Assembly: GCA_963740085.1 (NCBI GenBank)
Contig: CAVUCU010000007.1
Span: 217,618 to 281,617 of the forward strand
Length of the DNA stretch: 64,000 bases
Direction of reading: 5' to 3'
Source of the DNA: Nitrospirota bacterium
Lineage (GTDB): Bacteria > Nitrospirota > UBA9217
Shown: positions 29,620 through 40,922 of the stretch, piece by piece
Layout of the letters: each line of letters begins with the position of its first letter
How positions within the stretch are numbered: the stretch's first letter is position 1
Program-made: the position numbers and the translations under genes
Notes under the pieces: model-generated
Databases searched by the model: none
What the model saw: only the letters and a program-made list of their open reading frames with translations
What the model was told of the DNA's origin: nothing

Positions 29620-31794
29620 TCACATCAGGTTCACCGGGTCCACGTCCACGATAACCCTGCATTTCCTGCCGTACTTCTCCTCCACTGCGTTCCGTCCCTC
29701 GATCGCAAGGGATCGGATCTTGTCCCGCTGCTGCGACAGGAGCAGCAGATGGAACCGGTATTGGCCGCGCACCCGCGAGATCGGCGCCGGAGCGGGGCCC
29801 AGGAGCACCGTGTCCTTGACGCGCATGAGGCTGCGGATGCGGTCCTGCGCCGTCTTGGCCGCTTCCCCGGCAAGCGCTTCCTGCGCGCTCTTGATCTCGA
29901 TTTTGATGATCCTTCCGACAGGCGGATACCCGAGCTGCGTGCGGTACGTGATCTCCTCGTTGTAGAACCCTTCGTAATCATGCGTCATGCTGTGCCGGAC
30001 CGAGTAATGGTGCGGGTTCATGGTCTGGATGATCACCTCCCCTCCCAGTTCGCCCCTTCCTGCCCTGCCTGCGGCCTGGGTGATCAGTTGAAAGGTCTTT
30101 TCGGCTGCGCGAAAGTCAGGCAGGTTCAGCCCCACGTCGGCATCCACCACGCCCACGAGCGTCACTGAGGGAAAATCGTGCCCCTTGGCGATCATCTGCG
30201 TGCCCAGCAGGATGTCGACCTCGCGGCGATCCACCTTGCGGAGCAGCGTTTCATAGGCCTGTCTGCCCTTGACCGAGTCGCTGTCCATGCGCAGGATACG
30301 CGCTGATGGGAAAAGCGCCTGCAATTCCTCTTCGATCCTCTGCGTGCCCGAGCCGAGCAGTTTCATCGCAAGGCCCGAACACGCCGGGCACTTGTCCGGA
30401 GGCCGGGTGAGGAAACCGCAATAGTGGCATTTCAGCGTCTTCTCCGATTTATGGAACGTGAGGGACACGCTGCAGCTGGGGCATTTGACGGCTACGCCGC
30501 AGTCACCGCAGATCAGAACGGAAGAAAAACCACGGCGGTTCAACAGCAGGAGAGACTGTTCGTTCCGGGCGAGCCGCTGCGTGATATGCTCGATGAGCAG
30601 GGGAGAATAGAGCGAAGACCTGGGGAGGGTCTTTACGTCAATGACGGCAACCTCGGGCATGGGGCGGTGGTCCACGCGGTCGGCAAGGCGAAGATACTGA
30701 TATTTGCCTGATCGCGCATTGTAATAGCTTTCGAGAGACGGCGTCGCGGAACCAAGGACGGCGACCGCGCCCAGGAGCTTTGCGCGCATGATCGCGACGT
30801 CCCGCGCGCTGTACCGAAGGCCTTCGTCCTGTTTGTACGAGTTCTCATGCTCTTCATCTACAATGATGAGGCCTATGTTCACGAAAGGCGCGAACACTGC
30901 CGAGCGGGCGCCGATGGCCACGTCCACCTGTCCGGCCTGGATGCGGCGGTATTCGTCGGACCGCTCGCGGTCGGTCAACCCGCTGTGCAGCACCGCCACC
31001 CGGCCGCCGAAACGTCCCTTGAATCGGGCAAGCAACTGGGGCGTGAGCGCGATCTCGGGCACCAGCACAATGGCCCCTTTTCCCGTATTCGCGAGACCGC
31101 TGATGGCGTGAAGATAGACCTCGGTCTTGCCGCTTCCGGTCACGCCGTGAAGGAGAAATACGCCGAACGTTTTGCATGCGACCGTCTCGTTGATGCGGCG
31201 CACGGCCTCGGACTGCGCAGGCATAAGCCCGGGCGGTACACTCGGACTGAACTCCCCGGCATCCGGTCTCTCATCCGCTTCCTTCTCGATGATGGTCGCC
31301 ATCTTTGCGTCGCACAGGGACCTGATGGTAGCGGGGGCAAAACTCTCAAGCTCATCCATGCCTATGACCTGACGATCGCACAGGAGCAGCAGAAGCTCGC
31401 TCTGTTTCGGCCCGCGGATGGCCCCCATATCGTGGTCCCCATCGGCGATCTGCAGAAACCGTCTCTTTTTTGGTTTTGTTCGCGACAGGGACTTCGGCAC
31501 GAGCGCGTCAATGGTCTGGCCTAAAGGATGCAGGTAATAATCGGATATCCAGCGGGCAAGAGCGAGGAGCCCCGGCGGAAGCGGGTTGTCGAGCACGTCG
31601 GTCACCGGCTTGAGACCCGCGACCTCGGACGTGCCGGGAAAACCGACGACCGTCCCCTCAATGCTCCTGCTCCCGAAAGGCACGCGCACACGCGAGCCCG
31701 GAACAAGACGGTCCCTCATCTCCTCCGGCACGCGGTAGTGGAATGTTTTATGAACAGCGATATTGACGGCTATATCAGCGACTAGATCGGGCAT
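29620..31794 (-). CDS. priA: Primosomal protein N'
   Basis: GVTGSGKTEVY, VDEEHE, LNRRG, four CxxC pairs, GTQMIAKGHDF and QAAGRAGR motifs. Confidence 0.98.
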   Translation of the reverse strand: MPDLVADIAVNIAVHKTFHYRVPEEMRDRLVPGSRVRVPFGSRSIEGTVVGFPGTSEVAGLKPVTDVLDNPLPPGLLALARWISDYYLHPLGQTIDALVPKSLSRTKPKKRRFLQIADGDHDMGAIRGPKQSELLLLLCDRQVIGMDELESFAPATIRSLCDAKMATIIEKEADERPDAGEFSPSVPPGLMPAQSEAVRRINETVACKTFGVFLLHGVTGSGKTEVYLHAISGLANTGKGAIVLVPEIALTPQLLARFKGRFGGRVAVLHSGLTDRERSDEYRRIQAGQVDVAIGARSAVFAPFVNIGLIIVDEEHENSYKQDEGLRYSARDVAIMRAKLLGAVAVLGSATPSLESYYNARSGKYQYLRLADRVDHRPMPEVAVIDVKTLPRSSLYSPLLIEHITQRLARNEQSLLLLNRRGFSSVLICGDCGVAVKCPSCSVSLTFHKSEKTLKCHYCGFLTRPPDKCPACSGLAMKLLGSGTQRIEEELQALFPSARILRMDSDSVKGRQAYETLLRKVDRREVDILLGTQMIAKGHDFPSVTLVGVVDADVGLNLPDFRAAEKTFQLITQAAGRAGRGELGGEVIIQTMNPHHYSVRHSMTHDYEGFYNEEITYRTQLGYPPVGRIIKIEIKSAQEALAGEAAKTAQDRIRSLMRVKDTVLLGPAPAPISRVRGQYRFHLLLLSQQRDKIRSLAIEGRNAVEEKYGRKCRVIVDVDPVNLM

Positions 31795-31797
31795 GGG

Positions 31798-31962
31798 AAT
31801 TTCAGATTTCGGATTGTGGATTTCGGATTGGAAGGCGTTGTCCCGTGAAGATATTTCTCAAAACAGGACTCGCATGTTATTTCTTATGTACAAACCATTG
31901 AAGGAGAGTGGACTCTGATCGAAGCTTTTCAATCCGCGATCCGAAATCAGCAATCCACCATT
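31798..31962. repeat. Inverted pair of heptamer arrays (GATTTCG-like / AATCCGA-like)
   Basis: ATTTCAGATTTCGGATTGTGGATTTCGGATTG and the inverted CAATCCGCGATCCGAAATCAGCAATCC flank an AT-rich spacer. Confidence 0.7.
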
Positions 31963-32445
31963 TCAGGCGCCGTCCTTCAGCGTCTTGATCTCCTTGGCGC
32001 TCAGGATGTCCTTGAGTTCGATCATGAACTCGTTGATGTCCTTGAAGGAACGGTAGACCGAGGCAAAACGCACATACGCCACTTCATCCAGGCGATGGAG
32101 GTGGTTCATCACTTCTTCGCCGATGACCGTGCTCGGGATCTCCTTGAGGCCCTTCTCCTGAAGAGACCTCTCGATGTCCGACACGGTTGTTTCGATGGAC
32201 TCGACGCCTATCGGCCGCTTTTCACAGGCCTTCTTGAGCCCGTTCAGGATCTTCAGCCGGTCGAAAGGCTCGCGCCGCCCGTCCTTCTTGATCACAAGCG
32301 GCAGCACGTCCTCGACGCGCTCGTAGGTGGTGAACCTGCCTTCGCACGAGAGGCACTCGCGCCGCCTGCGGATGGATTCGCCTTCCTTCCCCATCCGGGA
32401 GTCGACGACCTTGTTTTCAACGCTGGAACAGTAGGGACAACGCAT
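31963..32445 (-). CDS. nrdR: Transcriptional repressor NrdR
   Basis: CPYC, IRRRREC, RFTTYE, ATP cone and AYVRFASVY. Confidence 0.98.
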   Translation of the reverse strand: MRCPYCSSVENKVVDSRMGKEGESIRRRRECLSCEGRFTTYERVEDVLPLVIKKDGRREPFDRLKILNGLKKACEKRPIGVESIETTVSDIERSLQEKGLKEIPSTVIGEEVMNHLHRLDEVAYVRFASVYRSFKDINEFMIELKDILSAKEIKTLKDGA

Positions 32446-32532
32446 AGGGACCCTTTAGAAATATCGATGGATGATGGATGAACGCTCGCTTCGCTCGCTA
32501 GGGTGACGGACGTATTTTCTTCTCGTCCCTCG

Positions 32533-32985
32533 TCACTCGTCCTTCTTGTACTGTGTTATTTTAAGCCCCGACTCTTTCAGCATCGCTTCGGCGAGTTTGT
32601 CCGGATACCCGTCCTCGAAGATGATGTGCTTGACGCCCGAATTAATGATCATCTTGGCGCAGATGCCGCAAGGCTGGTTCGTACAGTAGAGCGTAGCGCC
32701 GTCGATGTTCGTCCCGTGCCTGGCGGCCTGTATGATCGCGTTCTGCTCCGCATGCAGACCGCGGCAGATCTCGTGCCGCTCGCCCGAGGGAATGCCCATC
32801 TGCTCGCGCAGGCACCCGCGATCGAGACAATGCTCGATCCCTGACGGGGCGCCGTTGTAGCCCGTCGCGAGGATGTTCTTGTCCTTCACGAGGACGGCCC
32901 CGACCTGGCGGCGGAGACAGGTGGCCCGCTTCTTCACCAGGTGTGCGATCTCCATGAAATATTCGTCCCACGTAGGTCTTGTCAT
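32533..32985 (-). CDS. dCMP deaminase / ComEB family
   Basis: [19 protein letters not shown] and PCxxC motifs. Confidence 0.92.
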   Translation of the reverse strand: MTRPTWDEYFMEIAHLVKKRATCLRRQVGAVLVKDKNILATGYNGAPSGIEHCLDRGCLREQMGIPSGERHEICRGLHAEQNAIIQAARHGTNIDGATLYCTNQPCGICAKMIINSGVKHIIFEDGYPDKLAEAMLKESGLKITQYKKDE

Positions 32986-33111
32986 TGGTCAAATCCTAAG
33001 TTCGAAACCCCAAATCCTAAACAATCTCCAAAGGGCAAAAACAAAATAGTTAATACATCAGATTTCGAATTTGTTTAGACTCTAGATATTCGTGCGTCGA
33101 GTGTACGCACG

Positions 33112-34365
33112 TCATACGCGCGTTTTTTCCATCGCGAACAGGGGGAATCCCGCGCAGAAAGCCTTGGTCCGTTCCTTGATCGCGGCCAGCTTTTCCGGCG
33201 ACTTGCCGTTGGCGAGGACTTCGCAGATGATATCGCCGACGATCTTCATCTCCGGTTCGCGCATGCCGCGCGTGGTCACGATCGGAGTGCCGAGCCGGAT
33301 TCCGCTCGTGATCACCGGCGACTTCTGATCATAGGGGATGCTGTTCTTGTTCACCGTGATACCCGCGGCATCGAGCGCGGTCTCCGCGTCCTTGCCGGTA
33401 ATGTCCTTCGGCGTCAGATCAACGAGCATCAGGTGGTTGTCAGTGCCGCCGGACACGATGCGAAATCCGTCCTCGGTCAGCCTGCGCGCCAGCGCCTGAG
33501 CGTTCTTCTTGACCTGCCGTTGATAATCCCTGAACTCCGGCTGGAGCGCTTCCCTGAAGGAAACGGCCTTGGCAGCTATCACATGCACGAGCGGCCCTCC
33601 CTGGATGCCGGGGAAGATGGTCTTGTCCACGGCCTTGCCGAACTGTTCCTTGCACATGATCATTCCGCCGCGCGGACCTCTGAGCGTCTTGTGGGTCGTG
33701 GTCGTAACAAAATCCGCGTAGGGCGCCGGGTTCGGATGCTCTCCGACGGCGACAAGCCCTGCGATGTGGGCAATATCGGCCATCAGGTAAGCGCCGACCC
33801 TGTCCGCGATCTTTCGAAACCGGGCGAAGTCGAGGACCCTCGAATAGGCGCTGAACCCGCACACGATCATCCTGGGCTGGTGCTCCACTGCAAGCCGCTC
33901 CACCTCATCATAGTCGATCAGCTCGGTCTTTTTGTCCACTCCGTAGGCAACGGATTTATAGAGCATTCCCGAGAAGCTCACGCTTGCCCCATGCGTCAAA
34001 TGGCCGCCGTGGGCGAGCCCCATGCCGAGGATCGTGTCCCCTGGCTTGAGCACGCTGAAGTAGACCGCCATGTTCGCCGAGGAACCCGAGTGAGGCTGGA
34101 CGTTCACGTGCTCCGCGCCGAAGAGCCGCTTTGCCCGCTCGATGGCGAGTGTTTCAACCTTGTCGGCGAACTCACACCCGCCGTAATAGCGCCGGTTCGG
34201 ATATCCCTCCGCGTATTTGTTCGTGAACACCGAGCCCTGTGTCTCAAGCACTGCCTGGCTCACATAGTTTTCCGATGCGATCAGGACGATCTTGGAGAGC
34301 TCGCGCTCCTCCTCGCCTTTGATCGCCTGGTAGACCTCGGGGTCCGTTTCATTCAGTTCTGACAT
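33112..34365 (-). CDS. glyA: Serine hydroxymethyltransferase
   Basis: [14 protein letters not shown] and [14 protein letters not shown] motifs. Confidence 0.99.
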   Translation of the reverse strand: MSELNETDPEVYQAIKGEEERELSKIVLIASENYVSQAVLETQGSVFTNKYAEGYPNRRYYGGCEFADKVETLAIERAKRLFGAEHVNVQPHSGSSANMAVYFSVLKPGDTILGMGLAHGGHLTHGASVSFSGMLYKSVAYGVDKKTELIDYDEVERLAVEHQPRMIVCGFSAYSRVLDFARFRKIADRVGAYLMADIAHIAGLVAVGEHPNPAPYADFVTTTTHKTLRGPRGGMIMCKEQFGKAVDKTIFPGIQGGPLVHVIAAKAVSFREALQPEFRDYQRQVKKNAQALARRLTEDGFRIVSGGTDNHLMLVDLTPKDITGKDAETALDAAGITVNKNSIPYDQKSPVITSGIRLGTPIVTTRGMREPEMKIVGDIICEVLANGKSPEKLAAIKERTKAFCAGFPLFAMEKTRV

Positions 34366-34418
34366 GCCATCGTCCTTTTACCTTTTATCTACTCAAGTCA
34401 AAACATGTTCGCCACGAA

Positions 34419-34445
34419 TGGCCTAAAAAATGAACCGGCCACTTA
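34419..34445 (-). repeat. Degenerate copy of the 28-nt mini-element
   Basis: Minus strand TAAGTGGCCGGTTCATTTTTTAGGCCA; both GGCC-containing ends are conserved. Confidence 0.65.
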
Positions 34446-34610
34446 GAGAAACACGCAAGGAACTCAGAGGGCTTTCATTTAAGGATACCTGAATTCGGGC
34501 TTTTTCTTTGAGATCTTTGCCTGCGCCCGCCGTTTACGAGTGCTATGCGCGGGTGCAGGGCGTGTTCTTTTGCGGCCAACCCGGGTAGTGACCTTAATTG
34601 TATCTTTTTT

Positions 34611-35036
34611 CTATATCTTATTGAGCCGCAGCTGGTGCCTGCCGCCTTCGAACTCCGTTTCGAACCACGTCTTCACGATCTCGAGCGCGACACCCTTGCC
34701 GATGACGCGTTCGCCCATGACCAGGACATTTGCGTCATTGTGCAGGCGGCTCATCTGCGCCGTGAAGTGGTCATGACAAAGCGCCGCTCGCACCTTCGGA
34801 TAACGGTTCGCCACGATCGACATGCCGATGCCCGTGCCGCAGATCAGGATGCCGCGATCGACCGCCTTGCTCGATACGGCCTCGGAGACCTTCTTCCCGT
34901 AGTCCGGATAGTCCACGGAATCCTTTGTCGCAGTGCCAAAATCCGAGACCTCGACGGTCTTGATCGTCTGGAGGAATTTAACGACTTCTTGCTTCAGTTC
35001 AAAGCCGCCGTGGTCCGAGCCGATGGCAATTTTCAT
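34611..35036 (-). CDS. rpiB: Ribose-5-phosphate isomerase B
   Basis: GSDHGG, SVDYPDY, ICGTGIG, HNDAN and FEGGRH motifs. Confidence 0.96.
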   Translation of the reverse strand: MKIAIGSDHGGFELKQEVVKFLQTIKTVEVSDFGTATKDSVDYPDYGKKVSEAVSSKAVDRGILICGTGIGMSIVANRYPKVRAALCHDHFTAQMSRLHNDANVLVMGERVIGKGVALEIVKTWFETEFEGGRHQLRLNKI

Positions 35037-35199
35037 AAAGACCCGCCCTTCTGGAGATGTTGATATTAACATCTCCGCTCTTTTTGTGTCAAGGGAAATA
35101 CCGGAATACGGAAGAGCGGCTGCAAAGAAAAAATCTGCCCGTCAAACCGTTACGGGCCGCGGAATCCGGCGCTCATGCCAGGTTATCGCGTTGCATTCA

Positions 35200-36183
35200 T
35201 CATGGCTTGTCCTCATCCCGGGCTTTTTCCCGGAGATCGGCCGGACGTGCGCCCATGCTCTCCCGCACCCTGTTGTTCGACAGAGCCGGATCGTCAAGCG
35301 ATTCCAGGTGCGTAAGCACCTCGACATCGCGCAGAGCGCTCCTGATATCGGATTCGATGTGCTCCGCGAGCTCATGCCCCCGATGAACCGTCCATGAGCC
35401 GGGAACAAGTACATGGAGCGATACGAAACGGCTATGACCGGCCTGCCTCGTGCGAAGATCGTGACACTCTATGCCGTGCAGCCCGCTGAGCCGGTCGAGA
35501 ATATCTCGCACGACCTTCATTTCTTCCGGGGGGAGCGAAGCGTCCATCAAGCCCGCTACTGAATCCCGTATGATGCGGGATCCCGACCAGACAATGTTGC
35601 CTGCAACGAGTAAAGCTACCACGGGGTCCAGCCGCTGCCATCCGGTCAGAACAACCCCGCCCACGCCGACCACCACGCCCACCGAGGTCCAGACATCGGT
35701 GAGCAAATGGTGGGCATTGGCCTTCAGCGTGATGGATTGGTGCCGCTTCGCGGCGCGGAGCAGGACCAGCGCCACACCCAGGTTCACCAGGGCCGCCGCG
35801 ACGGATACTGCCAGCCCCAGCCCGACCTGTTCCAGCAGGCGGGGATGTAAAAGCCGCGGGATGGCGGTAAAAGCGATGCTGATCGCCGCAAGGACGATCA
35901 AGGTGCCCTCAACGCCGCTTGAAAAGTATTCCGCTTTGCTGTGGCCGTAGGCATGATCGTCATCAGCCGGCCGGGCCGCGATTGTCAGCATCGCCAGCGC
36001 CATGATCGCGCCCACAAGATTCACCAGGGATTCGAGCGCGTCCGAAAGCAGCCCCACAGAACCGGTAATAAGATACGCCGCGGTCTTGAGCCCGATCGTC
36101 ATGATTGCCGCGGCAATGGAGAGCCAGGCAAAACGGGTAAGCGAGGATCGGTTCATATTCGGTGCCTGTACGCGATTGTCCAT
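35200..36183 (-). CDS. Cation diffusion facilitator (FieF-like)
   Basis: [30 protein letters not shown] and a C-terminal ZT dimerisation domain. Confidence 0.93.
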   Translation of the reverse strand: MDNRVQAPNMNRSSLTRFAWLSIAAAIMTIGLKTAAYLITGSVGLLSDALESLVNLVGAIMALAMLTIAARPADDDHAYGHSKAEYFSSGVEGTLIVLAAISIAFTAIPRLLHPRLLEQVGLGLAVSVAAALVNLGVALVLLRAAKRHQSITLKANAHHLLTDVWTSVGVVVGVGGVVLTGWQRLDPVVALLVAGNIVWSGSRIIRDSVAGLMDASLPPEEMKVVRDILDRLSGLHGIECHDLRTRQAGHSRFVSLHVLVPGSWTVHRGHELAEHIESDIRSALRDVEVLTHLESLDDPALSNNRVRESMGARPADLREKARDEDKP

Positions 36184-36215
36184 TGAAACAAAAAATCCCT
36201 TCCGGGCGGCGGAAA

Positions 36216-37007
36216 TCAGCCGACCGCCTGTCGTCCATCAAAAAACTCATATCCGATCATGCTGAGCGCGGCAATGGCCGCGGTCTCGGTGCGGAGGATA
36301 TTCGATCCCAGGCTCACGAGATGGAACCCTTTTCCATGAGCCGTCTCCGCCTCCTGCGCGGAAAAACCGCCTTCGGGGCCGATAAGCACGATGATGCGCG
36401 TCACCCCGGACACCTGTTGGAGAACATTCTTGAGTGAAATGGTCGCTTCTTCCCAGGGGAGGAGAAAGAGCGTTCGGGGTTCAGGGGGAGGAGAACCGGG
36501 GGCACGGGCCAAGGGTCCAGGGTCCGGGGAGAAGACAAAATCCCGGAAGGTCCGGATCTGTTCGATACGCGGGATATCCGGCCTGTTGCTCTGCATGGCG
36601 GCCTCGCGGCAGATCTTCTGCCACCGCGAAACACGTTTCTCTTCGTCCCTGATCTTTACGATGGTCCGTTCGGTCACGAGCGGGACGATCGTTGCGACGG
36701 CGAGTTCCGTGGCCTTTTGCACGATCCAGTCCATTTTGTCGGACTTGGGCAGACCCTGGCCGAGGGTGACGAGGGGATAACGGATCTCCCGCTTCGTTCG
36801 GGCCGTCACCTCGGTTGTGATCTCGGCTTTATTGACCTGCGTGATCTTGACAGAGTACTCGGCGCCTTTGCCGTCGCACAGCAGGAGTTCATCGCCTGTC
36901 TTCATGCGAAGGACCGTCGCGATATGACGCACGTCCTCGCCGGAGATGGTGATGCTCGTGCCAATGATCTGGTCGGGGGATATGAAAAAACGCGGGGGTC
37001 TGGGCAT
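36216..37007 (-). CDS. rsmE: 16S rRNA m3U1498 methyltransferase
   Basis: HIATVLR, QKATEL, EAAMQS, IGPEGGF and [11 protein letters not shown] motifs. Confidence 0.96.
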   Translation of the reverse strand: MPRPPRFFISPDQIIGTSITISGEDVRHIATVLRMKTGDELLLCDGKGAEYSVKITQVNKAEITTEVTARTKREIRYPLVTLGQGLPKSDKMDWIVQKATELAVATIVPLVTERTIVKIRDEEKRVSRWQKICREAAMQSNRPDIPRIEQIRTFRDFVFSPDPGPLARAPGSPPPEPRTLFLLPWEEATISLKNVLQQVSGVTRIIVLIGPEGGFSAQEAETAHGKGFHLVSLGSNILRTETAAIAALSMIGYEFFDGRQAVG

Positions 37008-37036
37008 ATGTTTTGTAGACTCTGAAAACCAGTTTT

Positions 37037-37153
37037 ACCGCTAAGGCGCGAAGAGCGCAAAGGAATGCTTGGAAATTAAGATTCCAGGTCTTAAAGAAGA
37101 AAAGATGACAGCTTTTTGCGTTTTAAACTTTGCGGACTTCGCGCCTTAGCAGT
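37037..37153. repeat. Palindromic intergenic element with roughly 9-nt periodic arms
   Basis: ACCGCTAAGGCGCGAAGAGCGCAAAG...CTTTGCGGACTTCGCGCCTTAGCAGT. Related elements lie at 43941-44062, 55028-55220, 62051-62190 and 63388-63535. Confidence 0.75.
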
Positions 37154-37169
37154 CACAAGTCTTTCAGCC

Positions 37170-38648
37170 TTATTTCCCCGGCTTCGGCGTTTCGGTCCGT
37201 GGCTTGCCGCCCCTTCTCCGCCTGCGCCGCGTTGGCCTCGCTTTTCGCTTTGCGCTTTCCTGTATTTCCTTTTCCTCGCCGGGCGCGAGCGGATGCTCCT
37301 TGATAAATTTCTTCCACCAGACGCGAAGCTCCTGTTTCTCGCCCGTGGTCTCGCTCGTGAAACGCAGATACTCGAAGGCGTCGGCAAACCCGGGTCGCCG
37401 CAGGAAATAACGGGGGTATTTCCCCTCCCGCTTTTCAAAGCGATTCTGGTCCCAGTAGATATCGCGCATCGACAACCCGACTTTCCTGGGGATCTGCACC
37501 CGTTGAGTCTGTTCCAGCATGACCTCGGTCACTGCCCTCGTCATTGCATCAAGTGCAGGCACCCCCTGTTTTCCCAGCTCAACGGCTTTTCCCGTGATCA
37601 ACTGTCCGAACATGAGCGCGAACAGCATGTGCGGCGGGACCTGCCTGCCCGCCTGTACGCAGCCGTCCACCCACTCGAACGCCTTGCCGATCCAGATGTG
37701 CGGGAAGCCGTCGGACTCCGTGTCCACCCACTCGTTCAGGCGCGGGAAGATCACGTCGAAGAGACCCGTCTTCCTGAGAAGCTGATAGGTCTTCTCGCCC
37801 TCACCGAGCAAAAAGAGCTTGAGGACCTCTTCGTACATCCGGGACGGAGAGGCAAGCGCCACGTGGTCTTTAAGCTCCAGCATGGCGCGATAGGTCTTCT
37901 GTTCGATCTCGAACCCGAGCAGGGCCGCGAACCGCACGGCGCGGACCATGCGCACGGGGTCCTCGGTGAACCGTACCAGGGGATCGCCGATGATGCGGAT
38001 GAGCCCGCGTTCGAGGTCCTGCATCCCGCCAACGTAGTCGATAACGGAGAAGTCGGCAATACTGTAAAACAGCGCGTTCACGGTAAAGTCACGCCTGAGC
38101 GCGTCTTCTTCAGGCGTACCGAAGACATTGTCCCTGAGGATCATACCGCCCTCGGTCTTGAGCATGCGCGGCGGCTTGGGCCTGGCCGGCGCCTTCGCCG
38201 GGGTCGCGGGAGTTGAAGGCGCCTCGCCCGCCACCACTCCGGGGGAAGCAACGGCTTCCTGCGCATGCTGCTCCGTCGGTTGCGGTGGCAGTTGTTCAGC
38301 GACAGGGGCGGCATCCACTGCCTCCGGTTCATCGGACACCATCGACCGGAACGTCGCTACCTCGATGATCTCGTCATGAAAATGGACATGGGCGAGCCGA
38401 AAGCGGCGGCCGATGAGCCGGCAGTTGCGGAAGGCCTTCTTGATCTCGCCCGGTGTTGCGTCCGTGGCGATGTCGAAGTCCTTTGGCTCGCGGCCGAGCA
38501 GAAGGTCTCGCACGCTGCCGCCCACAAGATAGGCGACATACCCTTGCTCTTTCAGCTTGTAGAGGACCCGCACGGCGTTGTGGCTGATCCACTTGCGGGA
38601 GATGGCATGCTTGGAACGCGGGGTGATCGTAGGTTTTATAGGACTCAC
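37170..38648 (-). CDS. pcnB: Poly(A) polymerase I
   Basis: LVGGSVRDLL, KDFDIAT, the PAP signature LIGRRFRLAHVHF, RRDFTVNAL, EDPVRM and an Arg-rich tail. Start placed at GTG 38648. Confidence 0.93.
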   Translation of the reverse strand: MSPIKPTITPRSKHAISRKWISHNAVRVLYKLKEQGYVAYLVGGSVRDLLLGREPKDFDIATDATPGEIKKAFRNCRLIGRRFRLAHVHFHDEIIEVATFRSMVSDEPEAVDAAPVAEQLPPQPTEQHAQEAVASPGVVAGEAPSTPATPAKAPARPKPPRMLKTEGGMILRDNVFGTPEEDALRRDFTVNALFYSIADFSVIDYVGGMQDLERGLIRIIGDPLVRFTEDPVRMVRAVRFAALLGFEIEQKTYRAMLELKDHVALASPSRMYEEVLKLFLLGEGEKTYQLLRKTGLFDVIFPRLNEWVDTESDGFPHIWIGKAFEWVDGCVQAGRQVPPHMLFALMFGQLITGKAVELGKQGVPALDAMTRAVTEVMLEQTQRVQIPRKVGLSMRDIYWDQNRFEKREGKYPRYFLRRPGFADAFEYLRFTSETTGEKQELRVWWKKFIKEHPLAPGEEKEIQESAKRKARPTRRRRRRGGKPRTETPKPGK

Positions 38649-38790
38649 GGGAAGGTATAATAGCACACAGTGGCGGGTAAGGTAAAGAGGGAATGCGATA
38701 TTTCGCCCGGGCCGGCTCCGATTGACAATACGGTTTTATGGAAATTCGCTCCATTGTGAAGAACGTCTTACTATGGTATAATCGTTCACT

Positions 38791-39540
38791 ATGATGAATA
38801 ATCTCAACGTTATTGGACTGAACCCCGTGGTCGCAGGCAAGATCACCCCGATGCTCGAAGACCTGCTCAGGGAGCACGCATCGAACATCCATTCATTTCA
38901 CCTCGTGGGCAGCGCGGTGATCCCGGACTACAACGAGAAGCTTTCGGACATCAATTCCGTTGTCGTGTTGCACAACATGGACTTGCAGTTCATTGAGTTT
39001 CTCGCACCCCTTGGCAAGAAATATGGTAAAAAAAAGGTCGCCGCACCTCTCGTAATGACCCCGGTGTATATCGAAACATCGCTGGACGCATTCCCTGTCG
39101 AATTCCTCGACTTCAAGCTCATCCACAAGACCGTCTATGGGACTGACCTTCTGCAGGACCTGCGGATCGACAAGCCGCACCTGCGTCTCCAGTGCGAACG
39201 CGAGATCAAAACGAAACTTATCGGCCTGAGACAAGGATATATCTCATCACTTGGAAAGAAGGACGATATTGCCGCCGCGCTGCTAAGGTCCTTCACCGGC
39301 TCCATGGCCCTCTTCCGCGCCATTATCTCCCTGCTCGGCAAGGAGCCTCCGATCCTGCGCGCGGAGGTCATAACCATGCTCGGCTCCGCAACAGGGATCA
39401 AAACAGATATCTTTAAAGAACTGCTCCTGCTGAAGTCTCATCTTCTCAAACCATCGGAACAGGAACTTGCATTCTTCTTCGAACGCTACTACACCACGCT
39501 CGAGTCCACTGAAAAGATCATTGATGATCTCCATGTTTAA
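38791..39540 (+). CDS. Nucleotidyltransferase-like hypothetical protein of the TPM/LemA cluster
   Basis: GSA...SDIN motif, DAFPVEFLD and LRLQCERE; overlaps the TPM gene start. Confidence 0.65.
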   Translation: MMNNLNVIGLNPVVAGKITPMLEDLLREHASNIHSFHLVGSAVIPDYNEKLSDINSVVVLHNMDLQFIEFLAPLGKKYGKKKVAAPLVMTPVYIETSLDAFPVEFLDFKLIHKTVYGTDLLQDLRIDKPHLRLQCEREIKTKLIGLRQGYISSLGKKDDIAAALLRSFTGSMALFRAIISLLGKEPPILRAEVITMLGSATGIKTDIFKELLLLKSHLLKPSEQELAFFFERYYTTLESTEKIIDDLHV

Positions 39541-40309
39541 GAAACTCGTCATCGCGGTCATTCTTCTTGCGGCCGCCTGTGCCGCTGTGGTCAGCGCCTC
39601 CACGCCGCAGCCTCCCGACACGCCCCGGGATTATGTGGTCGACCTGGCCGGCGTCATCAGAAGCGACGTAAAAAATGAACTCAATGCCTATCTCCAAACG
39701 CTTGAGCAGAAAACCACGGCCCAGGTGCTGGTGCTCACGGTGCAGACCCTCGACAACCAGAGCATCGAGGAATTCGCGTTCAATACGAAGGAAAAATGGA
39801 AGCTCGGACAAAAGGGCAAGGACAATGGTGTTCTGATCGTCGTTGCGGTGAATGATCGGAAGTACCGGATCGAAGTGGGCTACGGGCTTGAGGGCGTATT
39901 GCCCGACAGCATGGTCGGCTCGATCGGACGGGAATACTTCGTCCCCTATTTCAAAACAGGCGATTACAGCACCGGGATCTACGCAGGCACCATAGCGGTG
40001 ATCAATGCGATCGCGTCCCATGAAGGCGTAAGCATAACGAATGGACCGATGCAAACGCAGCCTCAGGGGGCCTCTGCCCGCAAGCCCCTCAGTATTTTCA
40101 ACAAGATCATGCTGGCGGTGTTCGGCATCATCGCCCTGGTCCTGTTCATTAAAAATCCCCGCCTGTTTTTTCTTTTACTTCTGACGTCATCAATGGGCGG
40201 TGGAAGGGGCGGCTGGTCCGGAGGAGGCGGGGGTTTCGGAGGTGGAGGAAGCTTCGGAGGCGGTGGCGGCGGAAGCGGAGGGGGCGGCGGGGCATCGGGA
40301 GGCTGGTGA
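39533..40309 (+). CDS. TPM-domain (YgcG-like) membrane protein
   Basis: YVVDLAG, WKLGQKGKDNGVL, RIEVGYGLEG, a TM helix and a Gly-rich GGGGASGGW tail. Confidence 0.93.
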   Translation: MFKKLVIAVILLAAACAAVVSASTPQPPDTPRDYVVDLAGVIRSDVKNELNAYLQTLEQKTTAQVLVLTVQTLDNQSIEEFAFNTKEKWKLGQKGKDNGVLIVVAVNDRKYRIEVGYGLEGVLPDSMVGSIGREYFVPYFKTGDYSTGIYAGTIAVINAIASHEGVSITNGPMQTQPQGASARKPLSIFNKIMLAVFGIIALVLFIKNPRLFFLLLLTSSMGGGRGGWSGGGGGFGGGGSFGGGGGGSGGGGGASGGW

Positions 40310-40377
40310 TTCTGATTCTTCTACAGTCCCCTCTTTCGCAAGGACATGCGTTTCAACTGGGGCGCAGTATCAGTTTC

Positions 40378-40825
40378 TCCCTGCCCCTTCAAGGGGGAGG
40401 TCAGGTGGGGGATGGGTCATTCCATGCTTGGCCAGACAAACAAATATATTCTCTACCATAAGATGCAGCGTACTCTCCGGAATAATATGACGGATGCGGA
40501 AAGAAGGTTATGGGGCGTACTTACGCGGCAGACAGTTTCATGGATTCAAAATTCCGCAGACAGCATCCTTATGAGCAATACGTGCTTAGATTTTACCTGC
40601 CTCGAAAAGAAACTGGTTGTTGAGGTTGACGGCGGACAGCATACGGAAGATACACTTCGTGATAGCGAACGAACATGATTTTTAGAAAAAGCCGTTTCAG
40701 GGTAATGCGGTTTTGGAATCATGAGATCCTGGCCCAGCTGGAAGCCGTACAAGATTGCATCTGGAGGGCATTACATGATGAGACAAACCCATCCCCACCC
40801 CGGCCCTCCCCTTGAAGGGGAGGGA
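40378..40825 (+). mobile_element. DUF559 endonuclease remnant flanked by about 40-bp imperfect inverted palindromic repeats
   Basis: Left TCCCTGCCCCTTCAAGGGGGAGGTCAGGTGGGGGATGGGT, right ACCCATCCCCACCCCGGCCCTCCCCTTGAAGGGGAGGGA. Between them, fragments across frames: LRNNMTDAERRLW, FRRQHP, LDF, VEVDGGQH, VMRFWN. Confidence 0.8.
40424..40780 (+). pseudogene. DUF559 (Vsr-like) endonuclease, multiply frameshifted
   Basis: Family motifs are spread over several frames and there is an in-frame stop at 40676-40678. Confidence 0.78.
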
Positions 40826-40922
40826 ATAGCGGCAGAATCCCGCTCCGATTTGTGCTAAGATAAAAACTTCTCGCTTTCCGATGGGGAGAGGAAGATAACT
40901 AATTAAACCACAGGAGGAAATC

